DNA from: Candidatus Sericytochromatia bacterium
Lineage (GTDB): Bacteria; Cyanobacteriota; Sericytochromatia; S15B-MN24; JAQBPE01
Length of the DNA: 64,000 nt
Assembly: GCA_035285125.1 (NCBI GenBank)
Contig: JAYKHR010000004.1
Coordinates: forward strand, 10,053 to 74,052
Direction: 5' to 3'
How positions within the stretch are numbered: position 1 is the first letter of the stretch; each line of letters opens with the position of its first letter. Below, in pieces: positions 28,220-37,646 of the stretch. Below the pieces are notes generated by a model. It was not told the DNA's origin, ran no database searches, and saw only the letters and a list, made by a program, of their open reading frames with translations. A program made the translations under genes and the position numbers.

Positions 28220-30796
28220 GTGAGGCGACGCGCGCTTGACACGTCCGTCCGGTGGCTGCCGGTCGTTGCCTGCGTGATCGCCGCCGGCTGCGCGCCGAAC
28301 GGTGGGCGGCCATCGGCGGGCCTGCAGCCGCCGCGGGCCGCGACGACGCGGGCGCCGCGCCCCGTCACGCCGCTGGCCTCCGCCCCCGTGGTGCAGACGC
28401 CGGCCTCGAGCCCCACCCCGGCCGCGCCGGGCATGCCCGCCGGGCCGCCCACGCCGACGCCGCAGCCCAACGCGACGGCCAGCGCCGGGGGTTCGTCGGG
28501 GGGCAGCTCCGGCGGGGGCTCGTCGGGGGGAGGCAGCCGCCCGTCCGCCACGGGCCTGGCGGGCGCCGTGCTGCTGCCGGGCCGCCTGCTGAACGAGTCC
28601 GGGGCCTCGATTGTGTCCAACAACGGGGGCGCGGTGCTCGCGAACAACGGGGCGGCCATCATCGCCAACAACGCGGGCCGCATCATCGCGAACAACGCCG
28701 GTCGCTACCGCGTGCTCGCCACTGAGCCGCAGCGCGCGCTGACCAGCGCCTTCCTGTACCTCACAGACCGCGACGAGCGCTTCTACCTCGACGCTGGTCG
28801 CGCGCTGACGGCCACGCTGGACAGCCGTGGCAACTATGCCTTCGCCAGCGGCTACCCCGTCGGCCGCGACGTCATCGTCAACGCGCTGGCCAACGACAAC
28901 CTGCGGCTCGTGGGCTTCATCGTGCCCACTGCCAGCGGCGGCACGCTGGACCTGACGCTCGGCTCGACGCTGGCCACGGAGTGGCTGCGGGGCGAGGCGC
29001 TCCGGGCCGGGCGGCTGCTCTCGAGCTACGACGCCACCCGCGTGCGGCAGCTCGCGGCCGACACGCAGGCCGCCGTCGTCAGCCAGGCCATCACCGCCGT
29101 CCGGACGATCACGGACGGCCTGGGCCGGGCCCTGACCGTCGGCGTGTTCGACCTGCGGGCGGACCACACGCAGGACCTGCGCAACCAGTACGTCGTCGCC
29201 ATCTCCGCCGCTGCGGCCAACAACGCGGCCATCAAGGGGATCTCGGACGCCTGGAAGGTCGTCACAGGCAGCCGGCCCGCGGCCGTCACCTCGGTGCTCG
29301 GAAGCGGCCGCGAGCCCGCCGTGGACGCCGTCGACTTCCTGCGCTTCGGCTTCGCCACCGGAGACACGCGCGACGGGCAGACCACGCCGCCCGCCGAGGT
29401 CCCGCTCGGGTTCAACTACGGCGTCGCCGTGGGGCCCGCGGGCGACGTCTTCCTGAGTTGCTATGCGCGGCAGGGAAGCTCGGGACACATCCGCTGGCTC
29501 AAGCCCAACGGCGAGATCCGGACGCTGTGGCTGCCCACCTACCCCCTGGCCGCCCCGACGGCGGTGGCCCTGGAGAAGCCGCCCACGGGCGACCCGAACG
29601 ACCCAGGCTCCGTGCTCGTCGTCGACTCGGCGGGCCACGCGGTCTACCGCGTCCCCCTCATCGACGCCCCGGACCCCGCGCGAGACCTGGTGCAGGCCCC
29701 GTGTGCCACCACCGGGTTCCTCGTGGAGCGCAAGGGCATGCGCGTGGTGGCAGGCGAGGCCACGCCCCTGAGCCCGCTGCCGGCCGAGGAGCCCTGCCTG
29801 GGGTTCTTGCTCCAGACCCACCCGTTCATCGTGCGGCCCGCCAGCCAGGCGGAGTACCGGCCGGCGAACTTCAGCTCGCCGCTCCACTCTCGCTGGCGCG
29901 CGGAGGACGAGGGCGTCCGCCAGTACGAGCCCGGCGGCGCCACGGTTCCCTCGCCGGCCCGCTACGCCCACCTCGACCAGCCCACGGACGTGGCCCTCGA
30001 CGAGCTCGGCAACATCTACATCGCCGACAAGAACAACCACCGCATCCGCTTCATCCCCAGCGAGCAGGCGATCGCCCAGCGCACCGCCTGGTTCGACCAC
30101 CGCGCGCCGCAGCTCACGGGCAACCAGGAGATCGACAGCCTGGGCGCCTCCACGGTCATGGCCGCGGGGGCCATCTACACCATCGCCGGCAACCCGCGCT
30201 GGGACCCCGCCCAGACCCCGTCCCCCGGGCAGGCCACGGGGTGGCTCGGAGAGTTCGGGGGCGACGGCGGCCCGGCGCAGCTCGCCCGCCTCGACCAGCC
30301 GGCCGCCCTGGCCTTCAACGCCGCCGAGAAGTGCCTCTACGTGGCCGACTTCGACAACAACCGCGTCCGCAAGATCCACCGGGACACCGGCCTCATCACC
30401 ACCGTGGCAGGGAGCGGGACGACGGTCCAGAACAACGGCCGCGGCGAGATTGACCTCGCGCCCGGGTACGGCGGCGACGGAGGACCTGCGGCGGCAGCCC
30501 GGCTCGCCAGGCCGCGGGCGCTGGCCTTCGACGCGCGCCAGCGGCTCTTCATCGCGGACGGCGGCAACGGCGTGATCCGCATGGTCGACGTGGACGCGAA
30601 CCGCACCATCACGACGGTCGCAGGTCGCGCTTACAGCGCGAACGCCAGCGGCGGCGACCAGGACGGCGACGGCGACGCCCGCTCGTACGTGGACATCTAC
30701 GCGATGGAAAAGCTGGCGGTGGACCCCGCCGGCAACGTGCTCTTCAACGAGATGCGTCACGGCCGCCTGCGCAAGCTCTGGCGGCAGTGGGACTAG
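28220..30796 (+). CDS. Large lipoprotein with Asn-Gly repeats and NHL/teneurin-like beta-propeller
   Basis: AAGC lipobox, IIANNAGR repeats, and NHL motifs LDQPTDVALDELGNIYIADKNNHRIR and GDGGPAQLARLDQP. Confidence 0.8.
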   Translation: MRRRALDTSVRWLPVVACVIAAGCAPNGGRPSAGLQPPRAATTRAPRPVTPLASAPVVQTPASSPTPAAPGMPAGPPTPTPQPNATASAGGSSGGSSGGGSSGGGSRPSATGLAGAVLLPGRLLNESGASIVSNNGGAVLANNGAAIIANNAGRIIANNAGRYRVLATEPQRALTSAFLYLTDRDERFYLDAGRALTATLDSRGNYAFASGYPVGRDVIVNALANDNLRLVGFIVPTASGGTLDLTLGSTLATEWLRGEALRAGRLLSSYDATRVRQLAADTQAAVVSQAITAVRTITDGLGRALTVGVFDLRADHTQDLRNQYVVAISAAAANNAAIKGISDAWKVVTGSRPAAVTSVLGSGREPAVDAVDFLRFGFATGDTRDGQTTPPAEVPLGFNYGVAVGPAGDVFLSCYARQGSSGHIRWLKPNGEIRTLWLPTYPLAAPTAVALEKPPTGDPNDPGSVLVVDSAGHAVYRVPLIDAPDPARDLVQAPCATTGFLVERKGMRVVAGEATPLSPLPAEEPCLGFLLQTHPFIVRPASQAEYRPANFSSPLHSRWRAEDEGVRQYEPGGATVPSPARYAHLDQPTDVALDELGNIYIADKNNHRIRFIPSEQAIAQRTAWFDHRAPQLTGNQEIDSLGASTVMAAGAIYTIAGNPRWDPAQTPSPGQATGWLGEFGGDGGPAQLARLDQPAALAFNAAEKCLYVADFDNNRVRKIHRDTGLITTVAGSGTTVQNNGRGEIDLAPGYGGDGGPAAAARLARPRALAFDARQRLFIADGGNGVIRMVDVDANRTITTVAGRAYSANASGGDQDGDGDARSYVDIYAMEKLAVDPAGNVLFNEMRHGRLRKLWRQWD
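28583..28720 (+). repeat. 24-bp-period coding repeats (IVSNNGGA VLANNGAA IIANNAGR IIANNAGR)
   Basis: Read directly from the DNA, e.g. atcatcgccaacaacgcgggccgc and atcatcgcgaacaacgccggtcgc. Confidence 0.85.
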
Positions 30797-30805
30797 GAGG
30801 CCTCG

Positions 30806-32977
30806 ATGTCGCCGTCCCGCCTTCCTGGCTGCCACCTCGCCGCGCTCGGCCTCTCGCTGCTGCTCGCCGGCTGCCTGGCGGGCAAGGGCCAAACGCTCAC
30901 CACGCCGCAGCGTCCGCCCGGCGCCGACGCCCGAGGCAGCCGCCTTCCCACGGGCCCTGCGGCGCCCGGCCCGCTGCTGGCGCTTCCCGGGCGCCAGCTG
31001 GCGTTCGTGGCGCTGACCAGCGCCGCCGACGTGGCGGGCCGGGTGGCGCTCGTCGCCGTGAACGTGCCCGAGTTCGCCAACAGCGCGGCACCCTACAGGG
31101 TGTCTGCCGCCCGGCCCGCCGGGCGGGCGATCATCACGGTGGGCACGCTCACGGACCAGTTCTACACGCGAAACGGCGCCGTGGTCACGGCCACCACCGA
31201 CCTCGAGGGCGTGTTCACGGTGCCAGGTGGACGCCCCTCGAGCGGCCCCAGCGTCGTGAGCGCCCTGCTGGCAGGAGGCCACCAGCTCTCGGCCATCCTG
31301 CCCGAGGGCCAGGCCAGCGGCACCCTCGACGAGGCCACCACGATGGTCACGGAGATGGCCCGCTGGCAGCTTGCCCCGACGGCCGTGGCAACCCGGCCGG
31401 ACGTCACGGACGTGGCGTCGGGCACCTGGACAGCCCTGGCCGCTGACTCGCGGGAACTCCTCGGCGGAGACCCTGACGACCTGTCGCTCGAGGCCCAGGC
31501 CGTCGCCAGCGGCACGCGCATCCCTGCCCTGCAGCGCGGCGCGGGTCACGTGCTGCGCAACGCCTATGTGGCCTACTTCGGCAGCCGTGCCACGGCGGCA
31601 GGCAGCGGCATCAGCACCCCGCCGCAGGCCAACTCGCTCTCCGACCTCTGGCTCTCCGTGCTGGGGTTCCGCCCGCTCGCCCTGACGCGCGTGGCGGGCA
31701 ACGGCGTGCGGGGCTTCGAGCGGAGCGAGGGCAGGCCGGCCGCCGAGGTGCCCCTCGCGACGCCTCGCGACGTCGTCACGGACCACCTCGGCAACGTCTG
31801 GTTCTCTCAGCTCGACAACCACCTGATCAGCGTCGTGCCCCGCTACACCACCACAGGACCCCTCTTCGGCGCCAGCGAGCCGTTCCTGGCGGCAGGCAAC
31901 ATCTACAACGTCGCGGGCGTGCCGGGCGGCGTGGCGAGCGTCGAGGCCTGGGAGGCTCAGTACGTCGCATCCGGAAGCAACCCGCCCGTGGCGAGCGGCA
32001 CCCTGATCTTTGGCCCCGACCGCCTCGCGCTGGAGCGCGACGGCGCCGGCAGCCACCTGTTCTTCACGGCGCCGCTGGCGGGCCGGGTCATGCTGGTGCC
32101 CAACAGCTCCTTCACGCGCTACGGCACCACCTGGCAGGCCGGCAGGCTCCACACCGTCGCAGGCCGGGGCCTCGCGCCGGCCGACCCCACGGGGTGGCCC
32201 GCCGTGAACGGGCAGCCGGCCACCCAGGGCGGCCTATGGGCCCCCACGGGCCTCGCACGGGACGCGCAGGGCAACCTCTGGATCCTCGACGCGGGCAACG
32301 GCCAGCCCAACACCGGGGAGCTTTTCGTGGTGCGAGCCTCCGACGGGCTCCTGTTCCGGGTGCCGCTGCAACAGAACGGCGTGCGGCTCCACCCGGACGG
32401 TGCCCGGGACCTCGAGCTCTCGCCGTCGGGGACCGAGCTGTACCTCGCTGACACCCGGCGCCACTGCATCTTCAAGATGCCCCGGCCGGTGAACGCCACC
32501 ATCGCCGCCTACGACGCCGTGCCACCCGTCCCCCTCGAGGTGGAGCGCGTCCTCGGCAAACCCGGGCAGGCGGGCTTCCTCGACTTCACCCTGCCGGGGT
32601 TGCCCGTCCCGGCCATCGAGGACCTCAGCGCCGGCGTTGAGGAGCCATCCGGCGACCTCACCACCGACGGGGGCCCCGTGGCCTCCGCGTCGGTCAAGGT
32701 ACTGCTTGACTCGCCCTCCGCGATCACCTTCGACGGCCTTGGCCGCCTCGTCGTGGGTGACCAGGGGACCGGCCGCATCCGGCTGCTCCACGCGGGCGCG
32801 GTCTACACCCTCGCGGGCGGGCTCGCGACGCCCTACATCACGGGTGACGCCCGGCTGGCGTTCCTGCCGGGCATCAGCGGGCTCTGCTGGAGCCCGACGG
32901 ACGGGACCATCCTGGTCACCGACGAGCGCGAGGCCGTGGTGAGACGCCTTCACACCCAGCGAGGGATCCTGGAGTAG
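30806..32977 (+). CDS. Paralogous lipoprotein with NHL-like beta-propeller
   Basis: AGGAGG RBS, LAGC lipobox, and PRDVVTDHLGNVWFS, PTGLARDAQGNLWILD and PSAITFDGLGRLVVGD blades. Confidence 0.8.
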   Translation: MSPSRLPGCHLAALGLSLLLAGCLAGKGQTLTTPQRPPGADARGSRLPTGPAAPGPLLALPGRQLAFVALTSAADVAGRVALVAVNVPEFANSAAPYRVSAARPAGRAIITVGTLTDQFYTRNGAVVTATTDLEGVFTVPGGRPSSGPSVVSALLAGGHQLSAILPEGQASGTLDEATTMVTEMARWQLAPTAVATRPDVTDVASGTWTALAADSRELLGGDPDDLSLEAQAVASGTRIPALQRGAGHVLRNAYVAYFGSRATAAGSGISTPPQANSLSDLWLSVLGFRPLALTRVAGNGVRGFERSEGRPAAEVPLATPRDVVTDHLGNVWFSQLDNHLISVVPRYTTTGPLFGASEPFLAAGNIYNVAGVPGGVASVEAWEAQYVASGSNPPVASGTLIFGPDRLALERDGAGSHLFFTAPLAGRVMLVPNSSFTRYGTTWQAGRLHTVAGRGLAPADPTGWPAVNGQPATQGGLWAPTGLARDAQGNLWILDAGNGQPNTGELFVVRASDGLLFRVPLQQNGVRLHPDGARDLELSPSGTELYLADTRRHCIFKMPRPVNATIAAYDAVPPVPLEVERVLGKPGQAGFLDFTLPGLPVPAIEDLSAGVEEPSGDLTTDGGPVASASVKVLLDSPSAITFDGLGRLVVGDQGTGRIRLLHAGAVYTLAGGLATPYITGDARLAFLPGISGLCWSPTDGTILVTDEREAVVRRLHTQRGILE

Positions 32978-33172
32978 GCGTCCTCGCCATCCCCGAACGC
33001 TCGCCCGCAGCCAGCCCCCACCGGGTGCCAACCCGCGTGGGGATTGGCTTTTCGGGCTTGATTCGTTTGTGAAGTTATATTAAGCTTACCTCTGTCCGTT
33101 CCCGCCCCAAACCGGGGCGGGGCATCACATACAGCCAGCTTGGGCTCAGCACAACGCTTGGAGGGCACGGCG

Positions 33173-34915
33173 ATGAACCAAGGTCTACTCGACACCACGG
33201 CAGCGGCGGTGGTGAATGGCGCGGCGCAGCCCCTGTTTCCCCGGGCACCTTCCACGGCCGACGCGAGCCTCGCAGCCTTGCTGCAGCGCGCCCCGCTCGA
33301 TACGGCCACCGTGCTCGCCGCCGAGGACAGGCTCGGGGAACCCATCTCGGGCACCTGGGTCGGCAGCGGGCAGGCCTCGGCGCTGGTACCTCCCGACGGG
33401 GTCTTGATCGTCGCCGGGCCCGCCTGGCTCGAGGGCGCCCCCGAGGCCCGCGTCGCCGAGGCGGTCGCGGCAGGGGCCAGCGGCCTGCTGGTGGTGTCAG
33501 CGCGCCCCGAGCGGCCTGTGCCGGAGGCCGCCGTGTCGGCCGCACGCCGGCACGCCTTGCCCCTGGTGGTGGTGGCCCATCCCCACACCCCTGAGGAGGT
33601 CGCCCAAGAGCTGGAGGCGCAGTTGGCGCCGGCTGGGCCAGGCCTGGCTGGCACCGATGCCACGCTGCAGCGCAGGCTGCTGGACCTGGTGCTGGACGGC
33701 TCCGGCCTCGAGGCGCTGGCCCGCACGCTGGCCCGGGCCTTGGAGCGGACCGTCGTCGTGGAGGACAGGCAGTTCAACCTGCTGGCGATCGGCCAGGCGG
33801 GTGCCATGGGCGACCCCTTCGTGGACGAGCTCATCGTGAACAAGGGCACGCCCGTGGAGGCCATCAAGGCCTGGGAGGCAGACGGCACCCTGGCGACACT
33901 GCGCAAGCACCGGCAGCCCGTGCACCTGGCGCGCGGTCCCCGCCCGGTGGACGCCCCGCGCAGCATCCACCCGCTCGTCATCAACGGCGAGGTCCACGGT
34001 TACCTCTCGGTGCTGGCTGCCGAGCCGCCCGTCGGCGCCCTGGCCTCCGCCATCGAGCAGGGGGCGCTGGCCGCTGCCCTGGAGCTCCTGAAGCAACAGG
34101 GCGCCACGGAGTCAGAGCAGAAGCTCAAGCGAGACTTCTTCCGGGACCTCCTGGCCGCCGAGACGCCTGCGGCCGTGGAGACGCTGCGGCGGCGGGCGAC
34201 CTATCTCGGGTACCCGATGAACGCCACCTACTGGGTCGTGGCCGTCGAATTCGACGAGAAGCCGCTCGATGACGTGCAGCCCGAGGACGTGCAGCGGCTG
34301 GTGGGGGTGCTCAACGCCCTGCTGAGCTTCCGGCAGGCCGTCGTGATCAACCAGATCAGCGGCGCCAGCATCCTCTACCCGCTGCGAGAGGGCCAGCCCA
34401 CCGCGGAGAAGCTGGCCCAGCTGGCGCAGGCCATCCAGCAGAAGGTGGGGGCGGCCTCGCCGGGGTGGGGCGTGTCGATCGGCATCGGCCAGCTGCACGA
34501 GGGGCTGCTGGGGGTGCCCCAGAGCTTCCGCGAGGCGCTCCACGCGCTCAAGATCGGGCGCCACACGCGCGGCGCCCACCACACCACGTTCTTCACGGAT
34601 CTCGGCATCTACCGGATGCTGCTGCAGTTCGCGCAGAGCCACGACCCCAACGAGTTCTTCTGTGAGCCCCTTCAGCGGCTGATCGAGTACAACCAGCAGA
34701 TGGACAAGGAGCTCGTGAAGACCATCGCCGCGTTCCTCGAGTGCAACGGGAACCTGACGGAGACCTCCACCCGGCTGTTCATCCACCGTAACACGCTGAA
34801 GTACCGCCTCGAGCGCATCCGGGACATCACGCAGATCGACCTCGACGACGCGGAAAACCGGCTGATGCTGCACCTCGGGCTCAAGATGAACCAGGTGATC
34901 AACTACCTGCGGTGA
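33173..34915 (+). CDS. PucR/CdaR-family transcriptional regulator
   Basis: C-terminal LVKTIAAFLECNGNLTETSTRLFIHRNTLKYRLERI, plus VSIGIG...SFREA. Confidence 0.92.
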   Translation: MNQGLLDTTAAAVVNGAAQPLFPRAPSTADASLAALLQRAPLDTATVLAAEDRLGEPISGTWVGSGQASALVPPDGVLIVAGPAWLEGAPEARVAEAVAAGASGLLVVSARPERPVPEAAVSAARRHALPLVVVAHPHTPEEVAQELEAQLAPAGPGLAGTDATLQRRLLDLVLDGSGLEALARTLARALERTVVVEDRQFNLLAIGQAGAMGDPFVDELIVNKGTPVEAIKAWEADGTLATLRKHRQPVHLARGPRPVDAPRSIHPLVINGEVHGYLSVLAAEPPVGALASAIEQGALAAALELLKQQGATESEQKLKRDFFRDLLAAETPAAVETLRRRATYLGYPMNATYWVVAVEFDEKPLDDVQPEDVQRLVGVLNALLSFRQAVVINQISGASILYPLREGQPTAEKLAQLAQAIQQKVGAASPGWGVSIGIGQLHEGLLGVPQSFREALHALKIGRHTRGAHHTTFFTDLGIYRMLLQFAQSHDPNEFFCEPLQRLIEYNQQMDKELVKTIAAFLECNGNLTETSTRLFIHRNTLKYRLERIRDITQIDLDDAENRLMLHLGLKMNQVINYLR

Positions 34916-35690
34916 GGCGCGCGAGCACCAGGCAGGCACCCGCCAGCCCGAGGTCGGGGCACCACCCGGCCTCGGGCAGCTCGGGGGCGAGCAGGGCGCC
35001 CCACCCACCTGTCAGCAGCAGGGCCTCGGCGCCGTCGACCTCGGCGCGCATGCGCGCCACGAGGTGCCGCACCGCCCCCACATGGCCGAGCACGACGCCG
35101 GCCTGGATGGCCGTGAGGGTGGAGCTGCCGAGCGCCGCCGGGGGCAGGTCGACGGGCACCTCCGGCAGCAGGGCGGTGCGCCGCCAGAGGGCGTCTCGGG
35201 CCGTGGTGAGGCCGGGCAGGATGGCCCCGCCCCGCACCCGGCCGGCCGGGTCCACCAGCGTCAGGGTCGTGGCGGTGCCCAGGTCGATCACGATGCCGGG
35301 GCCCTGCGACGCCCACAGCGCCACCGCATTCATCAGCCGGTCAGGGCCGAGCGAGCCGGGCGGGTCGTAGGCCACCGTGAGCCCGTGGGGGCTCGCAACG
35401 TCCAGCGCGTGGACGGTGCAACCTGCCAGGCGCCAGCGAGCAGCCAGCGCATGGGACACCTCTGGCACCACGGACACGATCCCCACGAGTGGAGCCGGGG
35501 CCTCGCTCGCCAGGGCCTCCGCCGTCGGCAGCCGCCCCTCCCCCACGGGCGTGGCGCCATCGAAGGCCAGCCAGCGGACATGGGTGTTGCCCACGTTGAC
35601 GACGGCATAAGGGCCCGTTGAATGGGCCGGCCCCCGATCGCCCCCGTTGCCAGACCCCACCGAGCGTGGTACCCTTGTGCTTCGTGCCAT
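34899..35690 (-). CDS. coaX: Type III pantothenate kinase
   Basis: NVGNT, SVVP, LGPDR, IDLGTATT, GGAILPG, TALLP and LTGG motifs. The start position is uncertain. Confidence 0.88.
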   Translation of the reverse strand: MARSTRVPRSVGSGNGGDRGPAHSTGPYAVVNVGNTHVRWLAFDGATPVGEGRLPTAEALASEAPAPLVGIVSVVPEVSHALAARWRLAGCTVHALDVASPHGLTVAYDPPGSLGPDRLMNAVALWASQGPGIVIDLGTATTLTLVDPAGRVRGGAILPGLTTARDALWRRTALLPEVPVDLPPAALGSSTLTAIQAGVVLGHVGAVRHLVARMRAEVDGAEALLLTGGWGALLAPELPEAGWCPDLGLAGACLVLARLTAGS

Positions 35691-35734
35691 TGCGCCGCCT
35701 CAACTGTCTCAACCCCCACCGGAGGTCCATACCC

Positions 35735-35929
35735 ATGTCCAAGCGCTGTGATGTGTGCGCGAAGGGTCCCACGACCGGCCACAACGTCAGCCACTCCATG
35801 GTGCATACCAAGCGCCGCTGGATGCCCAACCTGCAGACCGTCCGCGCTCAGATCAAGCCCGGCCTCGTTCGCCGCGTCAAGATCTGCACGTCTTGCCTGA
35901 AGGCGGGCAAGATCACCCGCGCGGTGTGA
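35735..35929 (+). CDS. rpmB: 50S ribosomal protein L28
   Basis: MSKRCDVCAKGPTTGHNVSHS...TKRRWMPNLQ...CTSCLK. GGAGGT RBS. Confidence 0.97.
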   Translation: MSKRCDVCAKGPTTGHNVSHSMVHTKRRWMPNLQTVRAQIKPGLVRRVKICTSCLKAGKITRAV

Positions 35930-35944
35930 GTGCCAGCACCTGTG

Positions 35945-35974
35945 AAGGCCCGGACCTGACGGTCCGGGCCTTTT
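35945..35974 (+). terminator. Intrinsic terminator after rpmB
   Basis: AAGGCCCGGACC-TGAC-GGTCCGGGCCTT followed by a T tract. Confidence 0.85.
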
Positions 35975-36000
35975 CGTTGGTCCAAGGAGGCCCGAGGCGC

Positions 36001-36870
36001 TCAGGTCACGAGCCCTTCGAGCTGCTCCCGGTCGACCTCGTAGCGCTCGTTACAGAAATGGCACCGCACCTCGGCCCGACCGTCCGTGACGATCATATCC
36101 CGGAGCTCGTCGGGGCCTAGCAGGCGCAGCGCATTCAGCACGCGGTCAAGATCGCAGTGGCAGTTGAACCGGACGCCGAGGTCCTCCTGGAGGATCTCGA
36201 CGTTGAAGCCCTCGAGCGCCCGCTCGAGGACCTGCACGAGCGAGAGGTGGGCCTGGGCCATCTCGGAGAAGGGCGGCAGAGACTGAATGGCCTGCTCCAG
36301 CCGCTCGGCAATCTCATCGCCAGCATCGGGCAGCAGCTGTACCAGCAGCCCCCCTGCGCTGACGACGCGGCCGTGTTCCACGTAGATGCCGAGAGACACT
36401 GCCGAGGGGATCTGCTCGGAGTGGGCAAGGTAGGCCGTGATGTCGTCTGCAATCTCGCCGCTGGTGAGGGCCACGGTGCCCGTGTAGGGCCGCCGCCCGA
36501 GGTCGTATGTGACGCTCAGCGTGCCCCTACGGCCGACGGCTCCACCGACGTCGAAGTGGCCGTCCGAGCGGGGCGGCAGCTCGACCGCGGGGTTGCCCAC
36601 GTAGCCGCGCACGGTGCCGTCCGTGCCGGCGTCCACGAAGATGCCGCCAATGGGGCCGCCGCCGCCTAACCGCATGTTGAGACGCCCGGACTTGCGCAGG
36701 GTGGCGGCGAGCAGCAAGGTGCCCGTCATCGCCTTTCCCATGGCCGCCGCAGCGGTGGACGAGAGGTCGTGGCGGACCCGGGCCTCCTCGGCGAGGTCCG
36801 TGGTGCGGATCGCGACGGCCCGGATACGGCCCCCGGCCGCCGTGGCCTTGACGAGGTGGTCCCGGATCAT
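36001..36870 (-). CDS. hslO: Hsp33 redox-regulated chaperone
   Basis: [27 protein letters not shown], and CHC...CHFC Zn motif. Confidence 0.95.
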   Translation of the reverse strand: MIRDHLVKATAAGGRIRAVAIRTTDLAEEARVRHDLSSTAAAAMGKAMTGTLLLAATLRKSGRLNMRLGGGGPIGGIFVDAGTDGTVRGYVGNPAVELPPRSDGHFDVGGAVGRRGTLSVTYDLGRRPYTGTVALTSGEIADDITAYLAHSEQIPSAVSLGIYVEHGRVVSAGGLLVQLLPDAGDEIAERLEQAIQSLPPFSEMAQAHLSLVQVLERALEGFNVEILQEDLGVRFNCHCDLDRVLNALRLLGPDELRDMIVTDGRAEVRCHFCNERYEVDREQLEGLVT

Positions 36871-37376
36871 CCCCGCCCCCTGCCCCGGGCAGGCGTGGGC
36901 TTGACGGTGGCCGTCAGGCCGACCACCAGGTTGGCCATCTCGATGGCCGTCACGCCGGCCTCCCATCCCTTGTTGCCGCCCTTGGTGCCCGCCCGCTCGA
37001 TGGCCTGCTCGATGGTGTCCGTCGTCAGCACCCCGAAGACGATCGGCACGCCGGTGCCGAGCGTCGCGTTCTGCACGCCCTTTGCAGCCTCACCCGCCAC
37101 GTAGTCGAAGTGGGGGGTGGCGCCGCGGATGACGGCCCCGAGCGTCGCGACGGCGGCGTAGCGGCCAGAGGCGGCCACCTTTTGCGCGAGCAGGGGGATC
37201 TCGAAGGCGCCTGGCACCCAGTACACGTCGATGTCGTCGCTGCTGCCGCCGTGACGGACGATGGCATCCTCGAAGCCCGACAGCAGACGGGAGCCGATGA
37301 GCTCGTTGAAGCGGGCGATCACGACCGCGAAGCGGGTGCCCGGGGCGACGACCAGGTGGCCGGAGATGTGCTGCAT
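36867..37376 (-). CDS. ribH: 6,7-dimethyl-8-ribityllumazine synthase
   Basis: [26 protein letters not shown] and [14 protein letters not shown] motifs. Confidence 0.97.
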   Translation of the reverse strand: MQHISGHLVVAPGTRFAVVIARFNELIGSRLLSGFEDAIVRHGGSSDDIDVYWVPGAFEIPLLAQKVAASGRYAAVATLGAVIRGATPHFDYVAGEAAKGVQNATLGTGVPIVFGVLTTDTIEQAIERAGTKGGNKGWEAGVTAIEMANLVVGLTATVKPTPARGRGRG

Positions 37377-37646
37377 GGGGGTTGCTTCCTCCGTCGGGCT
37401 GAGGGGCGCCAGGTAGGGGCCTGCAACGCCGTGAATGGTTGTAGCTGGAACCCACCGGACTTGTCAAAACGAGAGGGCTGAAATCCGCGCCTCACCGTCA
37501 CGAGCCGGCCCATCTCATGCTATGATGACGAGGGATCCGGGGGAGGCCATTTCGTGCCTCGCGTCGAGGCAGTGCTGCCACGACCGGGTCTTCACGCCGT
37601 CGCCTCCCGGGGCCAGACCCGGGAGGGCCGCTTCCCGCCAGAGCCC

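Noticed and set aside
27992..32152. 1386-aa minus-strand ORF
   Set aside because: Antisense to two credible lipoprotein genes, with the composition typical of shadow frames.
37377..37520. FMN riboswitch upstream of ribH
   Set aside because: No FMN aptamer consensus on the minus strand. Only a TTGACA-18-TACAAC promoter-like pair.
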